Assembly: GCA_024626585.2 (NCBI GenBank)
Contig: JANKJI020000004.1
Span: 20,113,592-20,135,775, forward strand
Length of the DNA: 22,184 bases
Direction: 5' to 3'
Origin: Ginkgo biloba
Lineage: Eukaryota > Plantae > Ginkgophyta
This document shows positions 21,796 through 22,184 of the stretch, in pieces. Both the position numbers and the translations under genes were made by a program. Position 1 is the first letter of the stretch. Every line of letters starts with the position of its first letter. The notes under the pieces are model-generated. The model worked only from the letters and a program-made list of their open reading frames with translations. It searched no databases and had not been told where the DNA came from.

Positions 21796-22184
21796 AAGGT
21801 GGGGAGAGATGTTACATTCTAGAAAAGTCAAGTTAATATTATCTCTGAAAGTGTGAAAAAAAAAAAGTTGTCTTTAGAGGCTAGTTCATGTGTCCTATAG
21901 CTATTGGTTAGTTCTTGGGAGAAAGTGGTGTTGAAAAGAGAGAAAAAGGTGACGGATAGAGCCTTAAGGGTGTTCTGACTAAGGGCGCATGCTTTCCGCT
22001 AATGACATATGTTCACTTAGAGCAACAAAAGACTCTTGGAGCATGAGGTCAACTCCAAGGTTAAGTCTTACCCTTACGTAGGAGATGGAGCCCAATTATT
22101 TCTATTTATATGTGGGATTTAGTAGCTCATATATCATCATTCTATTTTCTAAGCAAGGAGCCTTCTTTCTCTCTACTTGTTTTC
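21796..22184 (+). mobile_element. Polypurine tract and 3' LTR of the chromovirus (runs off the window)
   Basis: AAGGTGGGGAGAGA (21796-21809) is immediately followed by TGTTACA at 21810, just downstream of the chromodomain. Confidence 0.8.

Overview
AT-rich, gap-riddled eukaryotic DNA from a land plant. The giant retrotransposon-filled intron and the element types suggest a gymnosperm-like genome, which is an inference. The only host gene I can support is on the + strand and is missed by the ORF track because it is spliced. It consists of the last three coding exons (4526-4647, 4840-4911, 15637-15739) of a DUF3531-family protein, a conserved plant/cyanobacterial protein of unknown function; they join in frame at GT-AG sites. 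Its last intron (4912-15636, at least ~10.7 kb as assembled) holds a decayed sense-strand Ty3/gypsy element (gag-protease-RT-RNase H) with further insertions. The intron also holds a GC-rich inverted sub-repeat array, two oppositely oriented copies of one PPT/LTR family, and a truncated minus-strand LTR+PBS element. Upstream is a minus-strand gypsy gag remnant. Downstream are a CpG-decayed TTCGACGAA array, an L1 LINE fragment, an LTR+PBS and a chromovirus integrase-chromodomain-PPT-LTR end. Eight gaps are exactly 100 N and are probably unknown-size placeholders, so distances and adjacency across them are uncertain. I found no convincing new biological system. The best leads are the uncharacterised DUF3531 gene and several structured repeat modules inside its intron.
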